A stretch of 64,000 nucleotides of DNA, from contig BDGG01000005.1 of the NCBI GenBank assembly GCA_001949185.1, forward strand, positions 1,353,249 through 1,417,248, written 5' to 3'. Position numbers and translations under genes: made by a program. Within the stretch, counting starts at the first letter, position 1, and each line of letters starts with the position of its first letter. The notes below the pieces were generated by a model. That model worked only from the letters and a program-made list of their open reading frames with translations. It did not search any database and was not told the DNA's origin. Source of the stretch: Ramazzottius varieornatus (taxonomy: Eukaryota > Animalia > Tardigrada). Positions 39,074 through 51,586 of this stretch are shown here, piece after piece.

Positions 39074-40789
39074 TACTTGTGATTTCGTGCAGGTTCAGTG
39101 TTAGCCAGCCGCTTTTATCATCACGGGCTATGGGCGCACGCGAGACGAACTCGTGTAGACACGCACTGCGGACGCCAGACCCGAAATTCCTCAACGAAAG
39201 CTAAAGATTCAAGATAGCTTAATAAATTTGCCATCGAGTGGTTTATTCTAAAAAGTTTGTAACGTGCAAGTCGAACTCAAAAAAATGTGGGTAGGTCGAG
39301 GAAGAGCGATGCATGTCAATACGCACATCAGCGCCTGCCTGGTCTGTCTAACGCATACTCACACTCAGATGCTACTTACAGCTGAGCTTCCTCCTAAGGA
39401 CTCGGAATCTACTGTAAGCTTACAGCACAGTAGTCTTTGTGTCAGCAGAGTAGTCAACCCTTCTTTATATCACACTGCATGCACAATCATGCATCAGTGT
39501 TTCTAATAATCATTCTTTCTTCAGTTGTGTAATGCTGCTGCATTATGACTTCGGATGTTCATCTTCCCTTCCCCGTCCCGGGTGGATGAAAATCCTTTTC
39601 GAGCGTATTCAAACTTTTATATACTTTACACACTTGGCTTGCACGGGGTGTTTTTTGATTATTTCGAACGAGAGTTAGTTTTGATATCTGACTCAGATTA
39701 AACTCCATCAACTTAATCCAGTTCTGTGATGCAGCTTTTGGCGTACGGTACAACTACCAGCCAGATTTAAAAGAACAAAGTTCGCCATTGTTCTATTCTT
39801 TTAATAGTTATGGTGAAAGGTTCTTTTCAGCACGAGTTGGTTTAAGTGTATGTCTTCTGTACTATTAACGTTTGTTTGACTGTCAAGTGGGCCGTAAGCC
39901 ACTCCAAGCGTCAAAATTGAATTACTTGTCGGCCTGCTTTGACCAGATATAATATCGAGTCGCTCGCAAGTTCGACCAATTATGGAAGAGGGCAGTAATC
40001 CTCTCCCTCATGTTTGTGCATAGGTTATACTGGGCTTATTTGTATAGTTGACCACAATCAAGCTGGACCAGCTGTCCAGCTTGATTGGTCATGCACTGAA
40101 CATGCACTTTTTTACGATCTGTGTGAATCAAACATCAAACCATCTGGTTGTCCTCTTGCCTTCTGCTCTGTGGCTATACAGTTGCCGTCACGAAGGTTCA
40201 CCAACGACAAAGTATCGAACAGTCAAAAGTTGAAGGAATTTTGATCAAGAGTAACGTGCGATCTCGGTCGAATCATGTCTGCTCAGTTCGCTATATATTC
40301 TGTTCTGAAGGAAGACAGAGTCGCGATGAAGTGATTTACACGAAACGCGAGTCTCTCAGCATGTTATTCCATTTCTTTCTACCCATAGTTGGGGTGATGT
40401 TGGAGCTACAAGACAAGCAATTTAATCCTTCCATACAGCGGGTACTTCGATCACTCTTTCGTTTGGCACAAATTACATAAGTTATGGAGATAGTCAGGCG
40501 CGCTGTTTCATTCGGCAACCTCATAGACACTATGTCATCCAAATCTGAGAGCTTATCTCGCGACAGTAAGAAAGCATTGGTGTTTTCTTCATTGGTGAAA
40601 GTTTGTGAAAATTTTCAAAAACCAGTTTTCCAAACTCCGTTTTGTTCACCTTTTTGAAAGTTTTGTATTTGTCTAACGGTCAGAATGTCAGTATCAAGGG
40701 TCAGGCCTCGTACAGCTACAAAAATTCCAATGCTCAGTTTTCTTATGTCTGTCTGCCATTGCGTTCTCTAGAATTAATAGAGCTCCGGA

Positions 40790-41392
40790 TGAGTCGAGGC
40801 TACAGAGTGAGTGACGTGGTGGTGAAACAGTTAAGAGAATGAGAGAAGACAACTCAAGCTTGGAAAAAACTGGACGTTACTTTGGACATTCTTGAAAGTG
40901 GGCATTTGATCGCCTGAAACGTCGACGTCTGAGTGGTGGAATCGCCAAGAAGAAAGGTCCTAAGCGGAAGACTTCGCACCGTTTTAAGGACAAACTTCGA
41001 CGGCTTGCCCACAACCGTGAAGGTTGTAGCTGGCCTACGAGCGGACTCGGAAAGATTGCGGCTGAATGTGAACAAGGTCGTACCGGAAAAGAAATCAGCG
41101 TCAGTGTGCGTACCGTACGACGTCGTCTGCATAGGAAACAAGTGCCCGAATACGAAGAACGATCCAGAGAGATTGCTGGATGAAGCATGGGATAGAGTAG
41201 TAACCCCTGAGCTCTGTTAGAACTCGTACGGAGCGATGGAAAAGCGTCTGAAGGATCGTTTAATGGTCTGCAAACCAAGTTCTGATTTAGAAAATAAGGT
41301 CTGTCAAATGTTTTGATTGAAATACCGCCCCGAACTCCGCCTTTAATTGGATTGTTTGATTTGCCATGTCCTCACGTTCGTTGCAGCAATGG
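40790..41392 (+). mobile_element. 3' part of a Tc1/mariner element, longer relative of the 15450-15866 MITE
   Basis: Shares flanking blocks and the right TIR (CCATGTCCTCACGTT..GCAATGG) with the MITE. The internal ORF ends LLDEAWDRVVTPELC..MEKRLK, like a Tc1 transposase C-terminus. Confidence 0.7.
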
Positions 41393-41898
41393 TGGTTCCC
41401 TTGTCCCTTTTCTAGCCCAGTTTGGGTCTTTTAGTCAGCTAGGCCGTCATCCCAATCTTCCCCATTCGCTCTGAGGATAGTAAGCGCGACCCGACTATGG
41501 TCGGGTCGCACGTCTGACCATGGTCGGGTCCCGCCCGACGTGAGAGGAGTTTTGCTCCCAATCTTCAACTTTTTAATACACCTTTCAACAGATGAGCAGT
41601 GGGCGGCTTGGTATGCATTGCCTTCACGCGACGTTGTCTTCATGCTAAACTGAACTTTGCCTTCGGTGTGATTCATGCGTATCCTAACAACCTGTGAACT
41701 TAGTACCGTAACGCAACTTCGAGTCACTTGATATCTGGTTTCCAGTTGATTAATTGATCGACCGTTAACAATCAGAACTGTTGCTTCGCCGGTATGGAGG
41801 TACGCCTGAGGGAGTAAATGTACGGACTGTACCCGGAGTGACGCAATACGGCAACAAAACTTCATCGCCTCATTCTGAATTTTGGCTCTTCGTTACAA

Positions 41899-44565
41899 AT
41901 GTCGACTCCATCGCACCTTCAACTCCTGGGATTTCAGAAACCTTCTTCCACTCTTGTGCTGCTGCTTGAAGCATTTTCCGATCGTACCGGAAGGTAAGTG
42001 GTCGTCGTTTGTTCTTTCAGTATGAAGGAACGGACGTCTCGTTTGTTTTACAGAACTATGGGCAACGCGTCGACGAGCGACGCCGCTTCAGACGATTTAA
42101 TCCCTCCGCCGACCATGACTATCAACCCTACTTCGAGTACTCCTAACAGGAACATGAAAAAGAGAGAACTGGATGACGATACGGTGATGCGCCTGGAAGA
42201 TTTCATAAAGCAGTTCAACATAGGTACTTTGCCAAGCGTTGTGGAGTACTTCATTGCCCAGATGAAGTTGCGCATGGTTCAGCCCACATGGACTTGCGCA
42301 GGGTATTTGACCACTCCAAATTCTTCCCACATTCCTTTAGTGGATGAATGCTCTTTTCCTACCTTCTGATACTGGTTGCGGGTTTGTGCTCTAGGAGATG
42401 ACGTTTGGGTAATCAGCAAAGGACGATGGCACAAGGCCAAGATTATCCTAATCGAAGCGGACAAGTATCCCGGAGAACAGGCCACGTCCCCGCCCATCTA
42501 CAGGATTCATCACCCAGGCTGGGGAAAACGTTAAGCACGCTCCGGTGTCCATTAGGTTCGCGGAATGAAGATGTGTAAGTGCTTGTCCTCTTTAGGTATG
42601 ACGAGTGGATGTTCAGCGACTCGCTGATGCTCCAGAATGTCGAGAATGACGCGAAGGCCTCAGGCGTAAGTGATGTCTTCATGGAGGCCAGGTCAGTACT
42701 GCGTAGAAAATGGAATTACCGTGCATCTCTCCTGGTAGATTTGTGAGTGATGATGGTTAACTTGTGTGATTTTAGTAGAATCAAAAACAAGAAGACGGCT
42801 CAGAAAGACAGGGCCACTAGTCCGCAACCGACGGAGAAGACAAGGATTCCTCCAAGTTTGACTCCTGTACTGTTCGACGGAGTTTCTTCCGTGCGAGACC
42901 GAGGAGAAGGAGGTAGCAGAAGAGGCGCCACAGCTGAACCTGGAGGTTTGTTCAGAATGAGTTGCGTTCAAGTAATTTACAGGCTCGACTTCAAAACGGT
43001 GAAAACTATAGGCTGAATCGAACAGCAATATTTTACTAAATTCTAGTTCTTGTTTGCGATTCATGGGAATTCATTGCTCGGTCATTGCTCGGCCAAAGCC
43101 TCTTGTGTCTCATATTTGCAGGTCCGCGAGCAGCACACAGGATCGTAACAGTGTGGAACCGTCTGCAGTCGATGCACCGCCCAAGATAATCGAGCCTTTG
43201 CTCGATCCAGCAGATGGACTACCGACCATATCGAGTGACGAACTCGAGAAGTCTTCTAACGAGGAACTCGAAACAGGTAGGATGTGGCAGTTTTCCGAAA
43301 TTTTCCCCCATTCGCGACATAAAAACTATGAAGGTTCGCTTTGAGAAGTCGTCGACGTACAGTGTAGTGAGGTCGCCGGCGTACTTCACGTTGAGGTCGC
43401 CGGCCTGTATAGCCAAGTACATTCTGTGATGTCTTTGTAGTGAACGAGACTGTGGACGCCATTACGGTCTTTACTGACTTCATGGACCTCAGTGATGCGG
43501 ATGAGCAGAAGAAACATAAAAATGCTGCTAATGCCGAAGGTAGCGTAATCCAGTTATCTCGGCAAAGCTTACACTGTGAACTACTTACGATTTACGGTGG
43601 TACCAAATGAGCTGGGTTTGTTAACAGAGACGAAGCGTGAGGAAGACGAGGATGAAAATGGTGAGGACGTGGAAGGCGACGAGGATGATGAAGACAACGA
43701 AGAAAGCGACTGCGTGACCAACGTGTCTGGAAAACTTTCCGGAAAAGAACTCAAAGTCCTGCGGTGCAGTTGGTTAGTAGGTTTTGCAGAATCAGCACAC
43801 TCGTTTCGCGCTGTGGGTTCTGTGATCGTTACGGAATTGTCGAGTACTTTGAGAGAAGTAACACTTGCGATCTATACGGCAAAGGCCTGTGGGAGTTCTT
43901 CAGAAGGTAAGCTTAGAAAGAGTGCTTTGGTACTGTGGATTTTAAAAACGGTAGTATGCAGAGTAATCAGGTAGTACGAGTATCATGCGAATTCATTGAC
44001 CTACTTTCTTTGTTCCAGATGAACCGCGTCTAAGAAGCATCAGCACGGCGAATTTGCTGTCTGGAGTGCCTCTTTAGCCGCCATGTTGAGCATGAAATTC
44101 GAGGCGAGCAAGGGCAAAGGGAGAGGCCACGGCGATGACAGGCCGTTAAAGAGAAACCTGACCCTATCACCCACAGGTCTTGAGAACTTTTTAGAGTTGT
44201 TTGAGCGGACAGAGCTCGACCAGATTCTAGCGCCTCGGCGATTACATACCCTCGAAGAAGTCAGCAGCGACGAAGAGCCTTGCACAAGTACGTCTGCTCC
44301 CAAGGCTCCACTGCGTTTGTTTCAGTCGAGCATTTAACTGTTAAGTATAGAGCAATGTTTCGCAGGCAATTCTAAGAAGACGACCAAGCGACCAGAAAAG
44401 ACTGCCGATACCCAGAAGGCTGAACGAGCCGAAAAAGCTGGTGTTACCAAGAAAAAGTCTCAGGATGAGAATTCCAAGTCGGTGAAACCGGCCCAGCCTG
44501 CATCAGCCAAAGAAACACGAGAATCCTCTGTCGATCGCGCTGTCCGTTACTTGATGAGCTTGTAA
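41899..44565 (+). CDS. MULE accessory gene, multi-exon: Tudor-knot/chromo-barrel domain, acidic tract and basic C-terminus; possibly degenerate
   Basis: Predicted exons 41899-41993, 42054-42223, 42395-42530 and 42596-~42665 give KQFNIGDDVWVISKGRWHKAKII...YRIHHPGWGKRYDEWMFSDSLM. Later GT-AG exons include an E/D tract (~43628-43763) and a K-rich last exon ending TAA at 44563-44565. One required donor reads TTAAG instead of GTAAG (42531). Confidence 0.7.
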
Positions 44566-44863
44566 GAGGTAATCTTTGTTGTTCAGGTTGGTTCGGAGCC
44601 CACAAAAGTCTTTAGTTCTCTTATCGGATATCTCATCACAATATACTGTTGGCTTTCTTCTGCAGTAGACACATTCTGATACTTGCCCCGACCAATTCTG
44701 TTTCCTCTTCCACCGGATGGGTTCCGCGGCTCACAAAGCAAAGTGTGGGACATGCTGTTATGTTTTATTGATGAACAAAAAAATTAATAAAAACAGACTA
44801 CCAACATTTCATAAGTTGCCGAATGCTTCCACGACCGTGAAGAAATTCCATGTTTTAATCAAA

Positions 44864-47800
44864 TTAGACAATGTATCCGGAACGAAAATTGCGGATAGCA
44901 GCACGCTCTCCATCGGACAACTTCTGAAGAATTTTGTCTTTGATAACATCGTTATCGGAGTGAAATTTGCTGTGTCGAATCTTAATACAGCGGTTGTTCA
45001 TATGGTACAGACAAGTCGCGGCAACGCAATGACACCGCCACTTCCGTTTTCGAAGTCCTGTTCTACATGGGTGACCAGCAGATCTTGTTCGGCTGGCTTC
45101 TTCATGAACGATGTTCGGGGCACTGGTATCGCGAGCCAGGAACCGAGACGTTTGTGATTTTGAACTTGTAAGTACTATCCTGCCATGGTTTCCCTGCGGA
45201 GAGCGCGACATATTAGCTGTTACTGGCAACGCTTCGCCGAGCTCGCCGGCACACACTTCATCAAAGTCGCCTGGATACACGGTACTGAGCTCGCCGGCAC
45301 ACACTTCATCAAAGTCGCCTGGATACACGGTACTGAGCTCGCCGGCATACACGGTACTGAGCTCGCGGCTTACACAGCACTGGGCTCTCCGACAAGAACG
45401 TTCGCACAACATAAAGTAAATGAATACAGCTTGACACAGGTCAACACTCACCATTCGCGCATCCCTCTCCTCTAAAACAAAAGCCTTCTTCCTGAAAGTC
45501 CATGTCAAGAGCCTCAATGCTTGTCCGCTTGGTGAAATCTTTTCCCCTCAGAGTCATCTGCTTCTGGACAGGCTTGTTTTCGCCGGTGCTGGTCAATGTC
45601 CAGCTGCCAACCACCTTCGTGCTCTTTTTCACCTTCAGCCACTCCACTAGCCGGTCGACTTGGCCTATAGTCGCAGCCACGGATATGATGTGCTTGCATG
45701 CTGGATCTCTATTCGTCTGAGACTGGTAACAGCTGCACTTTCCTTCACCGGTGGTTAGAGATTTATCGACAAAGTACCAGATATTCTTTTTCTTGTCAGA
45801 TGAAAGGACTTTGCGGACTATAGCGACATGTTGCCTGTTCTTGAAGTTCAGCCATTCCAAATCGGACAACTGGACGATCCAGTCGCTGACATCTCCGCCG
45901 CTCAGAAGTTCCATGGCGGGGTTCCAGCTGTTAGCAAACATTGGTGCGAGACCGGTGGTCAGGAACTCAGGCAATTCCGGTAGTGATACGCTGGAGGATT
46001 TACCGGGAGCTACCTATAACGGCCAAACGGTTACTAACAAACTGCCGAACTGTCTCGCGAACTCTACCAGCGCTTGCTGCTTCGGTGATGTGGGCAGGCT
46101 CTACGCGATCGACCTCGTCGAGCTGTATATGGTGGACTTCACCGGCTTCACACATGCTTAAAGTTAAACCAATTCTCACCTGGCGCCGGGTTACAGTGAG
46201 CACCATCGCCTGCACGTCACATTTTGGGAACATGTTCTTTAACTTGGCTAAGATATGGCGATCATCATGAGCTTCCTCCCTCGAGAGGAGCAAGTCCTTA
46301 GCAAACTCTTCCCGAGGAGCCACCTCTCTTGGATCTTTGTGTTTTCCGAAGAACGCTTTCAGCGCCTTGTGCTCGGCTTCGGCAAGATTTTTGTTGGGCA
46401 GATCGCGAGAAAACCCCATGGTTTCGCGTGCGGGCAGAATAAGCTTCTCAAGGAAGTTCTTCTGATGGTTCCTCTCGAACCAGCGCTGAAACTTAACGTC
46501 ACCAAGGAAAATCTTTATTTCCGTCCATCGCCGAACGAATGCTTCTTTCGATACCGAGTCAATCAGTCCCATAATATGTCTTCTCTCCAACCCGTCTGTG
46601 CGAGTGTAGCCGAAAATCGTATTCATAACGAACGCTATTTCGGACGCAGTCTTTTTCTTCCCATCAAAGTATCGTTCTATTCCCTTTCGAATGTGCAGCA
46701 CGCACAGCGTGTGGATATGCCGGGGGAAGGCTTGACGGAACGCTTCGTACAAAGCTCGCTCTCCATCTGTGACAAAGTTGAAGACCCAGTCTTCAGACAG
46801 GACATCCACGCCAACACCGATCAGACACTCACGAAGGTAGTTTGCAAACACCGCATATGTAGCCTGTGATTTCTTCTGAGTTAGCATCGTTGGACCGAGG
46901 ACAAGGGCAGGTTTCCCGGTTTCCGCATTCTTGCAGAACGGATGCTGGATGACCATCGTGGCCACAAACATGTTGCAGAGGTTAAACGTCACGTCGAGCT
47001 GCACGTGTAGTATGCCTGAAACCAACGTAAATTCAATAGGACAAGGCTTAGCATCATCAGTAGCATCGTGGCTCAAAGAGGTAACATTGACGAGCTCGCT
47101 GGCATAAGCAAATCAAGCTCGTCGGCTTGGACACCATCGAGCTCGCCGGCATATGCAAAAGGATGCTCGTTGGTTATTATATTAGCGAGCTCGCTGGCAT
47201 ACCGCTAACGAACGCGCTGAGTTACAGACTACTGACTCCGCAGATCGCACTGGATGACACTTACGCTTCTGCTGACGACTCCCATTCACTGCAAGCAGTC
47301 CAACATGATGAGGATCGACAAGAATGTAGTTCTCTGATTTGGTGCCATCTTCGTTCAGGTACTGCCGCAAAATGACACCGTCTCTCGCACGTAAGTAGCT
47401 CTCCGCATTAGAACCGTAGACTTGTTTGCTGCGGCTTTGATAGTGACTGCTTGACGAACTCCGGTGGGACCATGAAACGGATTTAGTGCTCGGTCCATTT
47501 CAGGAACTGCTGAAGCCACTTCAAAGTAAATGTCCCTGGAAGTAAGAGACTTCCCACGGGCAACTGGTGATGCCAGTTTCCGCATTTCACTGGTGAAGGA
47601 GCGGTTCGTGTAGGTTTTTCCCGGTTTGAACTGCTGCGTTGTGCTTCCCTCCTGCCACGAATACTCCAAAACTAGAAAATTACCGAGTGGAACCCTCCAT
47701 CTGTCTTCCGATTCTACCAAGGCCAGAATTCTTCTTCTGAAGCCGTTTGATTGTCCGTTGGGCCAGCTGTACCAGTCTTTCTTCATCTATACAAATGGCT

Positions 47801-48538
47801 TTCTTTCGTCGTCGAGCTTCTTGCCACGGCCGAATCTTCGGTTCTTGTCCTTCCAGCAGCCGTTATCATCGTCCGCAACCAGCCCGTAGATCCGCTCACG
47901 TTGTTCGGGCTCGAAGATTACCGCGAACCAGGTACGTCCTTGGAAGCATTGAGGCATCTTGATGCAGCCATACACATAAAGAACTTCGGGACTACTGAGC
48001 CACGCCAAGACGGAGGAGTCACTTTCCGATGTTTGGAAACAGCGGTACCTCAAGTCACTGCAAAACAGAAAACTCTCAGTTCAGAAACCACGCCGGCACT
48101 AAGTGCCGGAACCTCGCTAGCGCATAGTGTCCGGGAGTTGCAGGCAGATGATGCCACGACCTCGCCGGCAGATATTGCCGTTACCCCTTAAATGTGCAGG
48201 TGCATCACTCACAATCTGCAACATGGTCCGAAAACGCTTTCTTCGCCAGACGGATCGAATGGAAGTTCGCCTCGGTTAGCAAACAGCACGAGCGGCAGGA
48301 CGGGTGTTCTTTAAATTCTTTTGGCGCTGAAAATGACGTCTCACTACAAAAAGCAGCAAATCAGCTTATGCCAATCTAGTTTAAACAGTATTTTATCTGA
48401 CCGAAATCGTACTTACTCCGCCAAGACTGTCGAGTTTTCTGTGCTATCCCTTGGGCTTGTCTGTACCGCAGTTATCTTATGGCCTTCGTCTTCCGGTACG
48501 TACGAGGACGACTTGTCACTAGTTTCGCATGGTTCCAT
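44864..48538 (-). CDS. MULE transposase with SWIM zinc finger, spliced, with some lesions
   Basis: LDVTFNL, FVTDGERALYEAFRQAFP..HTLCVLHIRK, NLAEAEHKALK (46000-47076). SWIM motif CSC..ACKHIISVA (45441-45974). N-terminal exons extend to a tentative ATG at 48538; the C-terminus ends at 44864. Confidence 0.88.
45239..45369. repeat. Tandem repeat: two 48-bp units plus partial units, each starting GAGCTCGCCGGC, in a predicted transposase intron
   Basis: GAGCTCGCCGGCACACACTTCATCAAAGTCGCCTGGATACACGGTACT x2, then a 24-bp and an 11-bp derivative. Confidence 0.9.
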
Positions 48539-49913
48539 TCTAAAACAGAGACCACTGTGTTGTAATGCGTGTAATATTAGGTAAAATTTTTCGCCGGCTT
48601 GTGTAAGATACCGATCTTTGGAGTATATAAAACAGACATCGCCGGCACACCTGTTGTTATATGTTAACTTAATCTCCAGAGTATCATGGATCATCTGGTG
48701 TGTATACATCAAGTGTTGCCGCTGGGTTGTGTCAAACAGAGCGCGCCGGCATGCACGAAAGCAGGTTTTACTTACGGGGTGGGGGACAAGGACAAATTTC
48801 CGGCAGCCGCTACAGCACTCGTGGAGTTAGCCGACAGGTCATAGTCTTCGTCGTCCGAGAGATATATGAAAGAGTTATCCCCGCTCGCAGGAGCCGGATT
48901 TGGCGTATACAACACGGGCGTCCTTCGAGTGGCGTCCTTCAAGTGGCGTCCTTCGAGTCCGCTGATTCTTGGTTACGAAGTTACGGCGCTTAAGGGCGAG
49001 AGGTTAAAGTTGTGTTTTCTCGTGGTGTTATGCTACTCAGCTACGCGATTTCATGCTGTCTTGTGATTCACTACGTATGAGTCACCTTGGAGGCAATGTG
49101 CAGTCTTGTATGAAGGCAAAGTCGCGTGAAGGCAAAGCATACCAAGCCGCAGTGGGCAGAGTAGTACAGGAAGGCGGGGCTAGTTTGGGAAGTATGGAGC
49201 GGGAACAAAGAGAATCATCTTTGATCGGCCAATCAAAATTGTTCAAATCAGACGTTCTGTTCCCTGATTGATCGTTTACGAATATTGTTTAACTTCATGT
49301 CTCGCTCCACATGATATCATCTGGCCATGCCTTTCTGTTCTACTCTGCCCACTGCTCAGATGGTCACAAGTTTTCTACTCAGTTCTGTCGATCAAAATTC
49401 CCTCATGCTCCGGATATCTGACGTGAGGACAGCGCAATGATGTCATTGACATTGCGTTCTCATATCTTGAACATCGTTTTTTCCATCTGTTGGTACAAAC
49501 AGCGTGAATTACGTACAGCGAGCCGCAGGGGAAATGCCTTTCAGTGAAAGCCATTCATTCAGAGATCCTGCTCACCTTAAAGGAAGACTAACCTTAAACC
49601 CCTTCTCTCGAGTGTTTGTATAAAATTCTTGTACAAACGAAACGTTTTCCCCAGAAGAAGGTTATCCCCAGAAGGACTGACTGTATCATACTTTGCTAGC
49701 ATTTGTGACGGAATTTAAAGGCAAATTCTCTTTCGACGATAAAAAATCAGCAATGATTCAGTGTGCTCACGTCATACATCGGAACTTGCGCGTTTGCCAC
49801 GAATGTTACGTTGAACCGTATGTCGCTCGAAAGGTTTAGCAGCTTTAACGAAAGATTTTCAACCTTTTCGGAAGTAGTCTGCCTCTTAACCGAAAGCTAA
49901 CAGCAAGGACAGC

Positions 49914-51586
49914 TTAAATTTGCTCTGCTTCAAAATAGATGCGGCGTATCACCGTAATGATGGCGACATTCGATGCCGTATATGTTGCCCAGATCTGGAC
50001 CACCGACATATTGTCGGAATGAAATAAGATTCGCTTTGTCTGCCAGTTTGACCCCCAAACACAACACGAGATCAAAACTGGCAACAGTTCCAACAAAGCA
50101 ATGGATGGTTCGGCTTCAAGTAGCCAGCTTGGCCATCGTAACTGAAACCATTCTGCGCCGTAAACACCACCGCAACCGATACTACCTGATGCGTCGGTGA
50201 ATAGATGCATACTTGGGGTCGGTACCCATTTTGTCAGAAGAAACTTGCACGAGCCATTCCATGTCGGAAGAAAATCTATCCACCACTGCAGATCTGCTCT
50301 GAAGCCATCGTTCAGTTTCAGTTTAGGATGGTCGAGTTGTTTAACCTTATGTGCAAGATTAAGCATCCTTCGGAGGAAGATTCTGCCAGCCGGGATACAT
50401 TTGGTTGCAAAGCCTAATTGTCCGCAAATGCTAAGAATTTCTCGTTTAGTAGCTTTCACTCTAGCTTTGTATACCGTGAACAAATCTTGAATTTCCTTAA
50501 CTTTACTTTCCGGAATGCTGATAGTCTGAGTTTTTGTATCGAGTTGAATGCCGAGGAAGGTGAGTTTAGTCGTGGGGCCCTCGGTTTTTTCTTCCGCTAT
50601 GGGCACACCAAGGTGTGCACATAATGCTCGTATAAAAATCAACGTATGATGGCACGCAGGTGACGAACTAGGTGCAGCCCACCAGAAATCGTCGATGTAA
50701 TGCAAAACGTCGAGCATTCCGCCAGTGGTCTTGATTTTCCATTCGAGAATTTTGGAGAGATCATCGAAAAACTAGGTGAAGATCGACACCCAAACGGCAG
50801 TACCGTATCGAAATAATATTTTCCATCCCACATGTAAACAAGCAGATGCCAATCCTCTTTCGCGACTGGTATGAGTCTAAAGGCGCCCTTCAAATCCGTT
50901 TTCGCCATCAAACAGCCCTTTCCAAGTTTAAGACAAATATCGATGGCGTCGTCGACTGAACAGAAATTAAGGGTATAATCTGTTTTCGAAATGTAATCGT
51001 TGACTGACTTTCTGAAGGGTCTGGACAAGTCCATAATGAGGCGAACTCCGCCTAGTTTTTTGGGGCGTACACCCATGGAGGAACAAATGAAGTTGGGAAA
51101 AGGCGGATGGTTCAAAGGACCAACGGTGTGCTTTGCAGCGACCTCTTTGGCTACATAATCGCGTACGACCTCAGGGTGTTCCCGAGCAGTTCGAGCGTTA
51201 GAAGTAATTCGAGTAACATCAGGGCCGGTATAACCCAGGCGAAAACCGTTGATAAGACCATTGACGAAATAATCAGCAAATTCGGAGTCGGGATATTCCT
51301 TCAGGGCATGAGCAAACCGTTCTGGTATCAACAGGGTGTATGCTTTATCAGGAATTTCAACAGAAGTAAAATGATGAGTGGTAACAGGAACGGGTGCTAG
51401 CGAAGTAGATGGAACACTAAGCGTGACGATGGGTGAGCTTGGTATGCCCGGGTTTGATGCATTGTGAACATTTATGGGCATAGTTCTGATAACATGGTTC
51501 AGCGCAGCCACCGGGTTCGTTGAAACGACTGCAAGCCAGGACCACAGCCTCAGGTCGATTACCATCAGAGTTAGAATTAGAGCCAT
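49914..51586 (-). pseudogene. RT-RNase H of the DIRS/Ngaro element, one frameshift near 50770
   Basis: ORFs 50639-51586 and 49914-50717 carry consecutive RT and RNase H motifs. Confidence 0.88.

Larger units (their letters stand above)
41605..49148. mobile_element. Full-length Mutator-like element (7544 bp) with two convergent genes
   Basis: ~80-bp imperfect TIRs GGCTTGGTATGC.TTGCCTTCACGCGAC / GTCGCGTGAAGGCAAAGCATACCAAGCC. Perfect 9-bp TSD GCAGTGGGC at 41596-41604 and 49149-49157. Confidence 0.93.
41594..49357. mobile_element. ~211-bp Sola2-like MITE split by the MULE (pieces 41594-41604 and 49158-49357)
   Basis: Removing the MULE and one TSD copy restores TIR GAGCAGTGGGCAGAGTAG / CTACTCTGCCCACTGCTC with 4-bp TSD AGAT (41590-41593, 49358-49361). 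GAG..CTC ends with a 4-bp TSD fit Sola2. Confidence 0.7.

Noticed and set aside
45239-45369. Regular repeats resembling a CRISPR array
   Set aside because: Units are identical tandem copies with no unique spacers, there are no cas genes, and the context is eukaryotic.
44864-45517. 217-aa ORF with 16-aa repeats as a standalone protein
   Set aside because: It reads through the 48-bp tandem repeat in a predicted intron. Only its last part belongs to the transposase C-terminus.
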